Shown piece by piece: positions 1 through 15,673 of a stretch of 64,000 nt of DNA (within the stretch, counting starts at the first letter, position 1; every line of letters starts with the position of its first letter). The stretch lies in assembly GCA_951406725.2 (NCBI GenBank), contig OX597836.1:23994001-24058000 (forward strand), read 5' to 3'. A program made the translations under genes and the position numbers. Source of the DNA: Octopus vulgaris (taxonomy: Eukaryota). The notes under the pieces are model-generated. The model saw nothing but the letters and a program-made list of their open reading frames with translations. It had not been told where the DNA came from and did not search any database.

Positions 1-61
1 AAGCATTAAAAAACATAAGTTAAAGATATTAAAACATCTATGTCACAGCAAATTCGTTAGT

Positions 62-97
<36 letters not shown>

Positions 98-2268
98 ACT
101 CAAAACGAACATGGAAACACTAACACAAATTATCTGACTGTATTCAAAATCAGAAAGAATCAACACATCTGACTTTAATAGTCTACAAAATTATATTCAT
201 TGAACGATATAATTTTGTGGGGCGAAATCTGATCAGTATGTATCAAAGAAATACCAATATCCGCTAGGTAAAATTCGAATACACATTGTTAAAACAGCGG
301 GAGAGAATAAACAACGTTCTTAACACAACGATCCCATGTTAAGTTTGGGCTTAATTTAGTTAATTCTTTGTAGAAATATACACTTACTTAGTAATTAACT
401 CCTCCATTTCTTGTAATTCTGACTCAAACTCGATATTTGAAGTCTTGGATTTGTGTTCCGTTTGACCTCTCGCCGCGCGCGAATATGTCAGTTTGGCAAA
501 TAGGACCAGTACATCACCCACTTTGTTGACTTTGCGGTTTTTCATCATATCGTGACCAGGTTTAGCAATGACCATATTGAATTCGAGAGAAATTTTTCTC
601 CTTATATAAATCATGAAGAATATATGTTCTTTTCTAAATGAAAATTAAGGATAAAATTTTCACTTTTATAATTCGTAATGATTATCTGACCTACTCTAGT
701 CGATTTTTATATCAAAATAAAGGAAAAACCTTCCTCTATATCATTTTCAACATAACTCAAGTTATAGCGCTCCAGCTAATTGAACTAGAATGAAGGCTAC
801 CCTACAGCAGTTAAAAAAAAAGCCCCAAACGAGACAAACTTTGTAAATGCATGGAAATACCAGGTTGTTTGAAGGGCACTGGCATGATATGTAACCGTCG
901 GATTTTAATTAAAGCTATATAGAAGGAAGTTCACATTCAGAACTTTTAAGTGATATTTGACTTTTTATGGGAAAATCTTTTTGACATGAAAATGAAGAAG
1001 CAAACAGTGCATTGTTGCGTTTTCAAATTGTGCTTGTCTCCATTGTACGACATTCTAATTGAAAATAACACTTTAATTAAGATTGTAGAATTTCGCAACT
1101 ACACACACCCTATACCATTAGGAATGACTGCCAATAAGGATACTGTACTAAAAAATTGTGCAAATTCAATCAGCATGCAGAATTTGGGAAGCCAGCCTTA
1201 TGAGCCTATGCCTCGAGATAGACTTTGATCCACCACCTTTTTTTATATATCAAAATGGGGAGTTTAAGGAAATGAAAATTATGTGATTGTTTTGATAAAA
1301 TTTCATAGTTAGTTAAACACCACTACTTACATTCATAAAAAAATATTGTAAATTGTAAATACACAAATGAAAAATCTGTTTTATCTAATATGTTAAATTA
1401 ATAAAAATATTTTTCAAAATTGGTATCCTTTTCGTTTTCTTGTATGTATGTATGTATGTATGTATGTATGTATGTATGTATGTATGTATGTATGTATGTA
1501 TGTATGTATGTATGTATTTGTGTGTTTTACTTAGTATATACATACATACATACATACATATATATATATATATATGAACGTATATAGTCTCTGTGTGTGT
1601 GTGTGAATGTGTGGGAGTGAATGTGTGAGTGTGTGTGGATGTGTGTGATAGAAATATCGGGTAGTATCAAGTTGAGGTTCAACAAGTCTAGATATTCAGT
1701 AGATGCTAGTTTCCGAAGTATTAAGTTCTGATAGTTAAAGCATTACATTACTATATTAGAATTGTAATTGCTCGTTCCATGTTATGGATACGTTTCAATC
1801 GATATTTTTATTTTATGTATTCCAGAGCGATAACAATCTACTGAGGTTAGGTGGTTCGCTATCTTAGGTTAATGATTTAATATTACTTAATTATTAAAGA
1901 CTGAGTTTTATGACTAAATACAGTATACGAAGTTGGCAGTTTTATCCTAGTAAGCAGTTGGAGAAGTTGTATTGACGAATACTTTGTTAGCTTGCAGTCC
2001 TAAGTTAAATTCTGATAGAATAGCTAGAGACGAATAAAAGCAGCTTATCGATTTTCAACAAAAGATTTTCTTGAAATTATTAATTTCCCCAAAATTCAAT
2101 TAAAATGGTTTATGAATTTTATGGAAGTATCACCAACATTAGAAAACTAACAAATTCAATTTATGTCAAATTGTGCAATGAAGCTTCAACGTACACCTCG
2201 TGTAAGTAACTTCTTTTTCTTTCATTTCTTTCGGTGAATATATATAAGTATGGTTTGTTATCTTGCAG

Positions 2269-2419
2269 CACGTAACAAGTGAAATGAGCCAAGCCTGTAA
2301 ATGTCATGGTATGTCAGGAAGTTGTCAAATAAAGACGTGCTGGATGAAACTACCTTCGTTTAGAAAAGTTGGAGACTTATTAAAGGATCGATTTGATGGT
2401 GCTACCAGAGTCCTTCCTG
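2269..2419 (+). CDS. Wnt1: Wnt1/wingless penultimate coding exon (phase 0 start, phase 1 end)
   Basis: tcttgcag|CAC...CCT G|gtaag. Translates [50 protein letters not shown](G), containing the Wnt signature CKCHGxSGSC with the lipidated Ser. [14 protein letters not shown] and LKDRFDGA are Wnt1-type. Not listed in the ORF track. Confidence 0.93.
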
Positions 2420-3049
2420 GTAAGATTAAAAGAGTTACTTAATATACATTTGTACGCAGACTAAAATGTTTCTCTTCTTCCTATATCAATTGCATTCATT
2501 AAAACCAATTTATAGTTGACTAAGCTCTAAATTAATTTTTTTCTATAATTCAATTCATTCATGAGCCGATCACTAAGTTTGTCAGTAGTTACATTTAGAT
2601 GAAACTGGAATATGCACCTGCAACCAGAGCACTGGCTCGCGAGTTCTCAAATGTGTATCTCCTTTGTACTCATGCAACTCGCAACGCTAACATATCTGCT
2701 TTTCAAAATGTTATTTATTTCTGTGGCTTAATAGGAAGACAGGCAATACCCATAACGCTTTTCAGGACTCCCAAGACTTGTAGGAAAGGAGTTGTCTTTG
2801 GCTCGAATGCTTGCAATAGAATGAACTCTGTTACATGGCACACAATAACCAGGTGGGGTGTATAATTTCCATTTAAATTTTGGAGTCCAAAGTGTTACTG
2901 TTCAGACTTAAATTTTTAATATTTCATAATCCTAGACTTTTACATTTGAAAACAAATTTCCAAAAGAAAACAAAATATAAAATATCTTAATGCCATCTTT
3001 CACATTAAAAAAATTACCATACATAATTTTTGCATTACTATTTGTGTGT

Positions 3050-4800
3050 CAAATGCGCGCTCTCTGAGACATAATGGCACCAGACCTGTCCCATGACACA
3101 GATGGCTGAAGTGGAATATAGCAAAAAATCTAAACGGTCTTCGTCGGTACAGCAGAAAAACGGTGTCTTAAACAGGTGTGAACTGTTCTTGGACGGTATT
3201 TTGTCGAACTTCTGAGGGGTAGCTTTTATTGACGCTTCGCTAAAACTTTCAGTACTTGAGGTGAAATGGTACGAAGTGTCAATGTATCTGAAATATAGAG
3301 ATGTAGTAGAGGGATAGAACCTGGTAGTGATAGGTTATATACGTGATAGTTTTAGGGCAATATATATTTCAAACATCAATTATGGACGATCTTAGTAAAC
3401 GGGTTAGAATTTGCTCGTAAACTTGTAGCAGCTACACAAGCTTGTATTATTCTGAGATATATATCCAACTCTACTCCAACCACCTAAAATGTAGGAACGG
3501 GCAGGTGGAATCAGGCTTTGGTAGTATATGAGTAACTTAGATTAATCGAAATCATTCGACAGACGACATTAAGGTATCTGTTTTCGTTTCCTTCAGAATC
3601 TGGCTACCTGCATTGCACAGCAACGTCTGTTGGTGGTCTGAGTAAATTCTCACCTATTCGTCTAAGAATCGTTTGAGATGAACTCGGCTTTTCAATAGTG
3701 CCTTCGTTGCTTCGTCCTTATATTCTGGCTTTTGAGATTTTACTGTGGAGGGATCATCCTTCTCCGACTGGCACACAAGAGGGAAATGTTTCATCTTCTT
3801 GACTACTTTTGCATTATTACGAAATTATAAGACCTCTTAAAGGAATTATGCATTACGGGGTCACCGACATACCTTGCCGTGACAAAAAGATCAGATCGCA
3901 TCGTCTCAAGCTTCATTTTGAAGAGATGGGGTAATTTGGTCAGAAGGTTCATTACTGCTAACACTTACATCACAAAATATATGAAGGTCGTGGTGTAAGT
4001 CTCAGCAGTAGACAGACTATGAATGGCTATTACAACTGATAGTACTCGAAATTCCGCAGAGGCTGCAATATTTCTTTAGAATCCTGAAAGGTAATCCGGT
4101 AAGGTAGTCGTTTTTGAGACATATATCTCCAAAGCTGATGACTTCAATTGAGATGCATTTCTTGGTTAAACTTTTATAGAAGACTAGTTTAGCCTAGCGC
4201 TCAGAGCTATTTAGAAGCTGCTGAAACTGGAATTTCTTCAGGCGTTCTCAGCTCTCTATAAGTTGGACAGTGCGATCGGTGGAACATCACATTTTGAAAT
4301 CTAGAGATATTAAGTGAGGGGTACTCTACTAGCTATTAGCAAACGTTTTCTAGCACACTATCCAGTCGATAATTATGGACATTATTTTCCAGATATGATA
4401 CGTGTGTGCAATGATAGGTACAAAATCATCCCTATTTGCACAGTAGCGATGTAAGTTGGGCCTGTCTATTATGACGAAAATGGGAAAAGGAACAAATATG
4501 AACTGATCTAAGATGTGGCTAACATGTGAACTGATCTAACATGTGGCTAACATGTGAATTGATATTATCGTGTATCGGATGGATTCGTTTGACATCGAAA
4601 CCCAGCATAAAGTTTGCCACATTGATTTCCTTTAGCATTCAAACAGATAGTTTTCCCCGCCGTGATGTGATAGTGAAAGACATAATGTAAGGAAATATGG
4701 TGAAAGTCTGAGGTCAGAATTTTCTTATCAGCTTGTTTCAGAAGTTGACCCTGGAGTTGGATATAAAAGTATTTTACTCAACTAAATATTATGTATGACT
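3050..4800 (+). mobile_element. Highly decayed non-LTR retrotransposon-like remnant in the Wnt1 intron (clade uncertain, possibly R2/NeSL-like)
   Basis: More GC-rich, coding-like segment with broken RT-like snippets around 3730-3880. No intact ORF. Confidence 0.3.
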
Positions 4801-5723
4801 GATAAAATTATTGTAAATCGTTTCGGGAGAGAGACCAACCTTTCAATTTTACAACAATGGCATACACGAATGCATGTACATAGATACACATATATGTATT
4901 CTAACTCATTTTTATATTTTATTGAAGGAAACCAACACACTTACCCTGTATATCTGTGAAGATATTACCCCTTAGTTCTCTAAGTACTCTTAAAATTGTT
5001 TTCAAACGCACTTATAGCACTACAAGTAACTTGATGTATATACATGTACAGCGTATCGCACACTAGATGCCTCAAATCATGATAGAAAACATTTTGAAAA
5101 CTTCAGAAACATAGAATAGGTGTTAATCAAGCAAAATCGACATATTAATGCATTTCATTGGGGTGGCTCTAAAATACCCTCCTTCAAATAGCACGAGGAT
5201 TTATTTCCTTAAGAAAGTCAATGCAATACAGAAGATTAGTAGAATATTTTCTTGACCTCAGTAACACACTATTGATGAAACAAATATCTATTTGAGGCGG
5301 CAATACTTAAATTATATCTATTTGAGGCAGCAATATTCAAGCTAAATGCTTCACAAGTAACACAAAACACATTCTCAATATGAAGGTGAGCCCTATGATA
5401 TTCTCTTACAGAAACTTTCTCCTGGATAAATTTGCACATGACTCACTGGAAGTATATTGAAAAATATAGCTTCAAGTATAACTGGATCGAAATCCTTTCT
5501 ATGCAAGATAATTTAAAACTGAAGCAATTTTTGTTATTAGTGTAAGTCACAGGTGTTAATTTTGCCTTAGATACAATGCCAATAACGGTACTGGTCTCAA
5601 TCTTGTGAGACAATCGTTAAAATTTTCAAATTGCTTTACTGAACAAGCCAATACTCCATCTATTTTGAGCGAAAAACATTTAAAATGACCAGAGTTAGAA
5701 ATCGAAAAGTAATTGTTGCTGCT

Positions 5724-5742
5724 GTTATTATTATTATTATTA

Positions 5743-5836
<94 letters not shown>

Positions 5837-5872
5837 CATCATTATTATTATTATTATCATCATCATCATTAT
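5724..5872. repeat. (ATT)n/(ATC)n microsatellite
   Basis: Direct inspection; source of the poly-I/poly-L ORFs. Confidence 0.97.
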
Positions 5873-6995
5873 TGTTGTTGCTGTTGTTGTTGTTATTATG
5901 ATTGGACTGTGCGAATGTTTATAGTTCTTAGTAAAGCACCGGAGAAACTTGAACTTATTAAATTTTACTTGATGGAAGGTAATATATAAGTTAGAAGGGC
6001 ATACTAAGAGAGAGCAAAACAGTTTAAACTGTCCAGGATAAAGAAGTTAAGTTGTGATGTAGTGAATATCGTATGCAGCACTGGAGGACTAGTTGGCGAG
6101 CGTAAAAGTAGCATGCAATAAGAATTTGGTAGGTTAAATCGGCACAAATACGAAAGTTCTCATGACCCATGATCATCACAAATTATTCCGAAATTATACT
6201 TTATTGTGGATTCAAAAAGGCAGGCAATCAAACTAGTGGAACAATGAAGAAAATCAGGTTGGATTTTCTGCACTTGCTTGAGTCGACCTCAGTTTTCTTT
6301 TATATAGTATCAGGTGGGATGGCAAGTTGACCGGTCTTCCATATTAGCTTGCTATCTTGCCTTGTGAGAGAACGATCTGTATTCTTTTTGTTAGCATTCG
6401 TCTGACGCATGATAATATTTGGTCTGATTTTTCGCATATTCTCCAAACGAATGTGAGGTAAGCACTCTTTTTTTTCTTTTTATATATCCTTTCTCTATTT
6501 TTTCTCTGCTTACCCAACCCTGCTACCGCAAAGTACAGGTTATCAGGAAATGCGATAGTGCTTGGATAATAGATCTTGGAACCATCCATTATACAGAATA
6601 GGAAAAGATTTCGGCGTTTGAATTTTGACGATGTTAGGGCCATTTGTAGACAAAGCCAAATGTCTCGTCATCTAATTAGTGATGCGCATGAACAGATTGA
6701 CAAGTTTTCCACTCTCTGCCAACTGTATAAGGAAGCTATAGACACAAGAACTAAGAAAAAGCCACTTTAAGGATTTCTGTCACGAAGAGAAAGCAGAGGA
6801 GAGGAAGAATAGAAAAAAGAATAGAAAAACACTGCAGCGGACAACATCATCGGTAGCAAATACAAAGCTTGACCCTAGAAACTACTGCTATCTGAGCAAC
6901 ATCGCTCAGTCATAAATGACTGACGATTGTTGTCATAAATGACAGCTTCATCGTCACTTTCAGAAGTTGATGACATGATGGGGCACAAGAGGACA

Positions 6996-7051
<56 letters not shown>

Positions 7052-9656
7052 TGTGTGCGTGTGCATTTGTGTATATGTGTATATGTGTGTGTATGTGTTT
7101 CTGAATATATTTGAGATGTTGGTTCTACTGAAATTGGTGAATTTGTTTAACACTTTTTATCATATTTCGTTTGAAATACGTCTCTATTAATTTTGAAAAA
7201 GAATTTAGTACAATGACTTTTTCCTATGGATCATAAACCAACATGGAATTTTTATAAATGGCTGTTAGATCGAAATAAGATAGAAGATTTGTATTACCAT
7301 CCAGAGGTGTTCTGACGCGGATTGTTATCAAAAGCGTTATCAATAAGCATCGTAACACTAAGGCTCGGCTTTTACTCAAGGTGCAAATTTTTGAAGAAAT
7401 TAATAGAGACAGTGGAGTTACGCAGGCCGATATTCTGGTTAGTAGACCAATTGTAAAATATTTTGTGATATTCCTTTTTTATGTCTTTCAACATTGTAAT
7501 GCAGATATTCAACTAGCTGATTAGAACGTTTAAGTTCTTTGACCTGAAGAGAATCAACCGGCTCGAAAACACTGTTTTATGAAGACAATATTGATTTTGT
7601 TGCTCTTATTGAAAATGATATGCAATTGATAATGGATTGATTCTCAACTTCATGTTTTGAATTTAGCTTCAGAAGAAGCGTCAAGACAAAAGTAGTGTTC
7701 AGTCCTCCAGTGCGTAAACTCAACATTGAATCAGATATTTCCCAGAATGGTACAAATTGAGAAGTTGTGGACACAATATTCTTAGGAACAAATTTTCAAG
7801 AGATAGAAACTTAGATGCTGAATTCAACTCAGAGATTTAAATAGCTTGTACAACCTTGTTAAGAAATTACGTAGTTGGATCGTCACATTGTCACATTATC
7901 ATTCGAATATCTATCAATATCTATCGTTGTTCTGACGTTCTTCTATATTCCTCCGAGGTATGCTCTACATATAGTCGACTCATGTTGCTTGAAATATTTC
8001 AGCAAAGTTGTCTGATATTAAAAATGTTTATTAAACGCAGGTATTAACATCACATACTGAGGTACTCCAAAATGCTATCTCACCATTGAATCGGAGACCA
8101 TGAGAAGTCAATTGCGCTGGGGAAAGATATTTTATAGTTTTAGGTGTCTTAGAAATAACTTTCAAATATTCAAGTAATATTTTTGGCTTTTCAGTAGATC
8201 GCGTAATCCTTTTGCAATCCCATATTAGATACTTTTTACCTTTTAATGAGAAATTTGGAACTTTTTGTCATTTCCGGATACTTTCGTGTCCTTTTCAGTT
8301 AGTATTATCTTGGTAACTTACTGATTGTTAATTGTATATAAAGTCGTTCTGTTTGTAAGCGTGTTCTTAACACTCTCGTCAACTATCTATAACGTTTCAC
8401 ACAAATCATACCTTTGTTACTTTTATTTCCATGTCTTTCTTTTTTTATATTGTTTATTTTTTCCATCATTTGTCGTTATCAAATTATAGCTACGATTTTT
8501 GTTTTCATATTCCACATTCTCTTTATTATCATTTGTAAGATCCTTGTACATTGGCAGTCTCTAGGCTTCATTTTTTATTTTTTAGTTATAAAGAAAGTTG
8601 TTGTCTATCAGAGTTCAGCTATTTTCATTTCTCTCCTAGGGGCAGTTCTCTTAATTTTCATTCAGTTTCAACAAGCATGTCCCAGATGATTGTGATCGGG
8701 TAGTTGCTTTCTATAGTGATTGATACATGTTTATACAGACTTCTCAGCTCTCATGCCGAAATCTCAGCGTAGAATCGAATGATAAAATCGTGGACTCCCT
8801 TGCAGAGACTAGGAATCCCGAAATAAATAACCCAGGTCAATTATCACGTACTTATAGCTTAATCTGTACTTGATGCTTTTGCCTCTTGTTTCATTAATTC
8901 AATATCTCTCTCTCTCCCTCCCTCTCTCTCTCCCTCTGCCTCCCCTCCCCCTCTCTCTCTCTTGTAGTTAATCATTGATCATGTGCAGCTAAAAATCACC
9001 TTCCGGTTCTGCTTTTATTGCAGAGATTTCGACCACCGTTTTGAGCTTTGTTTCTCGCTTCATATTGAAACTGTAGATTATAGCTAAGATGGTTGGTATA
9101 TTTAACTCTATTCTTTTATTGTTTGTATTGTATTTAGATTTTATCCTTAACCTGTCTTCTACTGTACTCTTTATTATCAACTTCATATCTGTGTTGTATC
9201 TCATTAGCTTCTTTGTCTTAAGAATTAATACATTCCCCATCTAAGTAATGTCACTTCTACTGTTTTTAATTGATCCATATACAAAAAATACCTCACAGTT
9301 TTCCCATCGTTCAATGTTAATGCCAGGATAAAAAAGGAATGCCGCGCCACTTTGGTTTATACTTCATGTAATACACATATATCTGTTTTATAATTCTCTC
9401 ATTTTTATCTGTAGAATTAGTATTAATATTCTTTTCCTTCTTGAAGCAACTAATCAATATTATTATAATGCCCAGCAATCAATACTTACGTGCATATATG
9501 CACACAGAGACACACATATGCATACACATATACATATATATATATATATATATATACAAATACGCACGCACACATATAGACATACACTTACATAAATACG
9601 TGTGTGAGTCTGTGTTTAAGTTACACGAAAATATCAGCTTCCAACCATCTTGATTG

Positions 9657-9736
<80 letters not shown>

Positions 9737-10803
9737 ACATACATATATATGCATACATAATACATACATGCATGGATACATACATACGTACATACATGCA
9801 TGCATACATACATACATGCATACATACATATAAATATACATACATTGCGTACACCTGCTTTTACATATACATACATACATGCATGCTTTTAAAAAGTAGG
9901 ATAGGTATTTATGGAATTTGGGCTCAAAATAGGCACATTTCTTATAATTTGGGGAGCCTCTTCCCAGTTTCCAGAGACATTCGACTACTTTCGGCACTAT
10001 TCGAATCTGAACATGTTTATTTTTTATTTATAGATTCTGTTGCTTGAACACTTTCTCACTTTACTGATTTTCTGCCCTAAGCATTGCTTTTTTGATATTT
10101 GGTTAAGTCAAGTCGTCTGCAGTTTCCTTTCATTCAATAGGTAGTTTCATGTCAATGAAGATCGTTATCTTCGTTTTCGGCATACACATTTTCATGTCTT
10201 CTTTTACGCTATTAATTTGAGGTGGATTCTAAGGAGAATTCATAATATTTCCACTCTGATTTTAGTCTTCTGTCCTATTTTGTTTGTGTATTCTAGGATA
10301 TGTAATCGGTATAAAGAAATTTACTGACAGAAAACTGTCACTTGTGAGAGATTATTTTCATGTATGATGTAGGACTTTGGTTTAGGAAAGCAATATTATT
10401 GCTAGCAGTTAATTTGTTATTGGGAGTCTTCTTTTAATAATGTTTATAGTTTTCCTTCAGTGTTTTCAGTTCTTGCACAATATCTTATTTATATCCAATT
10501 TTATATTCGTATAGTATTGTATATAATTTACATATTGTAATTTATTGATACTTTACAAAATTAAACAAGAACCCGCATCTAAAAATATCTCCCTTTATCT
10601 AATATTTAGCTTGTTCCAAGCTTTTACTTTACCAAGTCATCAATTTCGTTTATTGCCGGTGTGCATGGAAATCAATGTGTACTATAATCAACCGTCTACT
10701 ATTAGTATTGAATTTCCAAATTCTACTCAGTTTGATTTCTGTTGTTGCTATTGAGTGTATATCAGAATATTAATATATTTGTTTACATTTGTATTCATTG
10801 TAG

Positions 10804-11138
10804 GTAATGCAGGTAGTGATCGAAGGCGCCGAAGAAAATTTACATTTACACCTTTTGATCCGAATCACAAGCCACCAACCAAAAAAGACCTTGTCTATTT
10901 TGAGAAGTCTCCAGAATTTTGTAACCAAAATAATGGAATTGGTTTCAAAGGAACAGTTGGTCGAGAATGCAATGATACATCCCTTGGACTAGAAGGTTGT
11001 GACCTTATGTGTTGTGGCCGAGGTCACCAATCTCAGAGTTACATGGTTCTAGAACGATGTAATTGCACTTTCCGCTGGTGCTGTGAGGTCATGTGTGAAG
11101 CGTGTAAAGTCACAAAAATGAGGCACACGTGCCTATGA
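10804..11138 (+). CDS. Wnt1: Wnt1/wingless terminal coding exon
   Basis: (G)NAGSDRRRRRKFTFTPFDPNHKPPTKKDLVYFEKSPEFC...GRECNDTSLGLEGCDLMCCGRG...ERCNCTFRWCCEVMCEACKVTKMRHTCL*. The C-terminal Cys pattern, the PxxPxHKPP/DLVYFEKSP motifs and the terminal HTCL are typical of Wnt1. Confidence 0.95.
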
Positions 11139-11833
11139 CAATGGCTCCAAATTTAAGCATATCTGAACCATCGGGTGAATATTTGAAACAAATATAGTAA
11201 ATGAAACTACTGAAGCTATGAATTAAGACTGTATTATGAGCCCTGAATGGATAAATAAACACTGAGACTGTATAGGAAGGGTTTGAAGATTTTAAAATAT
11301 CAAGATGCCTAATCTGATGCCACAAAAAATTTGAGAATGTAGAAGTTGCACCAACCCATCCTTCAAATGAATGTCAATGTTGCAAAACAAACATTTATGA
11401 AATTAAATGTATAGTGGACTGTTTGATGCATAAACACTGAAAATATGGCAAAGTTAAGTTTGCAAAAGTGACAAGTTTATACTCATATATGTGAACTTAT
11501 ATATTTTTATAATTATGCACGTATAAACACCTCATAAACGCTCCATATGTGTAAAATAATGTATATTTATATGCATAAAAATTATGCGCAAAATCATATA
11601 TATCAAAATAAATTATAAATTGTAACTTTTATGAATGCTCAAAGGAAGGGGGAAAGTATACGAGAAGGTATAAAATGGGAATATAACTTCTTTTTTAATT
11701 AATATCCTTGTTGTTTCTTTAAAATATGTATATGTAGTAGGAAAGTTTGTTCAATTGGTAAATAATTTTAAAAAGATATCAAATCATTCGTGTATATTAC
11801 AGCTCACCAGATAACACAATTGTAATTAATAAA
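11139..11833 (+). other. Wnt1: Probable Wnt1 3' UTR with candidate poly(A) signals
   Basis: Repeat-free AU-rich stretch after the stop codon, with AATAAA at 11254, 11607 and 11828. The true end is unknown. Confidence 0.55.
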
Positions 11834-12034
11834 AATCCATATTTATATTATGTGCATATATATGTAATATATAAAAAAATGTACATACGAATATACACGC
11901 ACACAGACATATAACATATATGTATAAAATATTTACTGTCAGTCTCTCTGTCTCTCTCTGTCTGTGTCTCTCTCTTTCTCTCTCTATACATACATATATA
12001 TATTAATTTTCTACACACACAGACACACACACAC

Positions 12035-12105
<71 letters not shown>

Positions 12106-13193
12106 ATGTCTGTCTGTCTGTCTGTATATATGTATATATGTATATATGTATGTATAAAATTCATATAAACAGCAGGTTTGCAATGTTTCACCAAAAAGGA
12201 GAATTACAAATGTCACTAAATGTGACTAGATGTCACATTTAGTGACACACACACTCACACACACACACAAATACGTGCATGCATGCATATTTTTTCAAAC
12301 TTACGGTTTCACTTCTTTTCATCGTCAGATGACCGCACTTTCAAATTTTTAGCCGTACAAATTGACTCCAGTAATTATTCTTGAACTTAAAAGAGCTTAA
12401 TCTATCGGGTTCTTTTGGCCGAATCGCGACATTACTGGAACGTGAACACGCCAACACCAGTTGCCAAGCATTGACACAAACACATGCACACTCACACATA
12501 TGCGCATATATGTGTGTATGTCCATATGTGTGCATGTGTGTATATGTGTTTATAAACATATACACGCAAAAACACATGTATATGTTGGTAAATATCTATA
12601 CCTACATATACATCGACACACCCTGACTCCACAGAGGGAAAACATTCTCGTTTCATATCTTAATTGAAGAGGCAAGTCATTCTAAATGCACTAACGGAGC
12701 GTAAATGATTTTTTCTGTATTTGTATTATATTTCATTCTATTCGTTTGCGAGTACATGTTCGCGCATGTGATTAAATAAACATGCATATGTACATATACA
12801 CATTTAGATGTCCAAATAGATATCTTTGTGGGTATAAAAGTTTTATACATATATATGCCTCTTAAAACAGACACACACACACACACACACATATACACCC
12901 ACAAACATATAAACACATACGCACACACGCATATACGCATGTATACATGACCGAGTAATATTGTGTAGTGCATGTTCTACTGACTGATGTAAATGGGTCT
13001 GTAGATGAGTGCGTCTGTATATATTTGTACGATAGAATGTATATAAGCTTGTTTTCTATTCTCTAGGTAGCGTCCGATCAGTAGACATGTTAAGTCAATG
13101 TTCATTTTCGAGTTATGCAATTCAATAAATATTCAGTTACGTAAAACAAAATATTGAATGAAGGGATACGAGATAATTTCTATAATAACGGGA

Positions 13194-13268
<75 letters not shown>

Positions 13269-13391
13269 TATATTCACATATATATACCCATACGTGTAAA
13301 CATACATACACAAACGCATACTCTCTCTCTCTGGTATATAAATAAAAGTGCAATTTTTTATGGTAAATTTTATTTAGTTTATCAGTTTCAT

Positions 13392-13442
<51 letters not shown>

Positions 13443-13558
13443 CACACATGCATTTAAATATATATATGAAATTAAATCTTAACCTATTGTCGTTCGCATA
13501 ACATAGAATAGCCTATATAAATATTATGAGAACGGTAATATATATATATATATGTGTG

Positions 13559-13596
<38 letters not shown>

Positions 13597-13733
13597 AATG
13601 TATGCGCTTGTGTGTGCGTGTATATATATATTGATATATATATATATATACTTTCTTCCTTCGTTTTAGTATATTTGTATATATATATATGTACATATAT
13701 ATATATATACATATACACATATATATATATATG

Positions 13734-13793
<60 letters not shown>

Positions 13794-13963
13794 TTAGCAA
13801 CGATTTGCCTCACCACATACCGAATTTAGAAATAGCAGTCAAAGAGTTTTGGCTATTCTTTCTACTTAAACCTTCCTTGAATGGGACTTTTACATGCCGA
13901 AATCTACTTGGTGAAATTAATGATTATTCCAAATTAATTAATTTCACCCTATATTATTATTGA

Positions 13964-14032
<69 letters not shown>

Positions 14033-14552
14033 GCTATTCTCCGAACTATCTGCTCCTTCCGCCTTTTCCTCTTCTCTGGACGTTTTTCCTGTCTCCGTCG
14101 GAAATTTATGCTCGAAAAATTATTTCCACTTCTATTTTTCCATTAAAAATTTTCAGTAATCGTCAATCTAATATATTCACTGTGTACATCTAACTGACTT
14201 TTGTTGTTTATTCCTGTCCTTTTATTATTTATTTGCCTATATATATACGCACACACATATATATATATCTATGCTTTTAGGTATATATATGCGTGTGTGT
14301 GTCTGTCTGTCTGTCTGTATGTATGTATGTAAGAAAAGAAAAAATGGAGATTGGGAATTAAATAATTGTTTATTATTAGCAACAAATCAATCATCATCAT
14401 TAGCTGTTTCAATTAATATTCAGTGAATTAATTTAGTATTAAATTCATATGCCCTGAGCAAAAATAACTCCCCAAAAATATTAGGTATTAAAACAGTATT
14501 TCCTTGGATGACACAATCTCTTCATGAGGTTAACATAACCTCTAATCGAATT

Positions 14553-14722
<170 letters not shown>

Positions 14723-14932
14723 TATAGATATTGATATATATACGTGTTTAAAAAGGTTTAACGAAAGCGCTCACACACTAGAAAAAGGTCATCTTCTTCC
14801 CAAGAAAGGCTAGTAACATCCTCATAACAGATTTCATAACATTTTCTTAACAAATAATTTTCTCAAAAAATCACATCTACACTTCAAAAAGTGTATTAAA
14901 TACTTCTCATGGATTTTCAAATATATATATAT

Positions 14933-15003
<71 letters not shown>

Positions 15004-15191
15004 TGTGTATGTGTGTGTGTGTGTGTATAACAAAGTATACTTGCATAGTACCGCACGAGTGAAAATATATAGGAAAGAGGATTTGAAAATGCAGAGGTCT
15101 TTTATATATATATATATATATGTATATACACACACACACATACAAACGGCGGTGCCCCAGCATTGCCACAGCTCTGAGCTGAACCTACAAG

Positions 15192-15227
<36 letters not shown>

Positions 15228-15335
15228 TATCAAACAATCGATTTTGTATACTACAGTTATACACTGCCATGTCTTCACTTCAGAAAACGCAGATTACAAC
15301 AAAATCCCCAATACGTACATATAAACTAACCTATA

Positions 15336-15376
<41 letters not shown>

Positions 15377-15673
15377 CAAATAAGAAAATGGAGAAACAAC
15401 TTTAGTTTGTTCATCAACTTTCGGATATTAGAATGTTGGATTATTTATTCATTTAACAAAATGAGAACCTCAATAGCATACATATATATCTTATAATTCA
15501 ATACGTATACGATAAGAATATAAATTATAAAAGTCATAATATATATTATTGAAATCTTTAAAATCACTTCTTACAGCTGTTTCAGCCTATGGCTAAGAGT
15601 AGTTAATTTCATTTTTATTGCCTATAGTTGTCAACATAATGAGGTTGTAGGCATTTAAAAATAGGGTAACCAA

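Larger units (their letters stand above)
2420..10803 (+). other. Wnt1: Wnt1 last intron (8384 nt, GT-AG, phase 1)
   Basis: gtaag at 2420 and ttcattgtag at 10794-10803. Joining G+GT restores the frame into the terminal exon. Confidence 0.88.

Noticed and set aside
384-614. 76-aa minus-strand ORF, nearby GC-rich patch and TCF-like CTTTGTT in the Wnt1 intron
   Set aside because: No recognisable domain or splice support, and a single short motif is expected by chance.
10755-10803. Hydrophobic N-terminus of ORF 10755..11138 as a signal peptide
   Set aside because: It is the intron polypyrimidine tract. The ORF opens at a non-ATG codon and Wnt homology starts after the acceptor.
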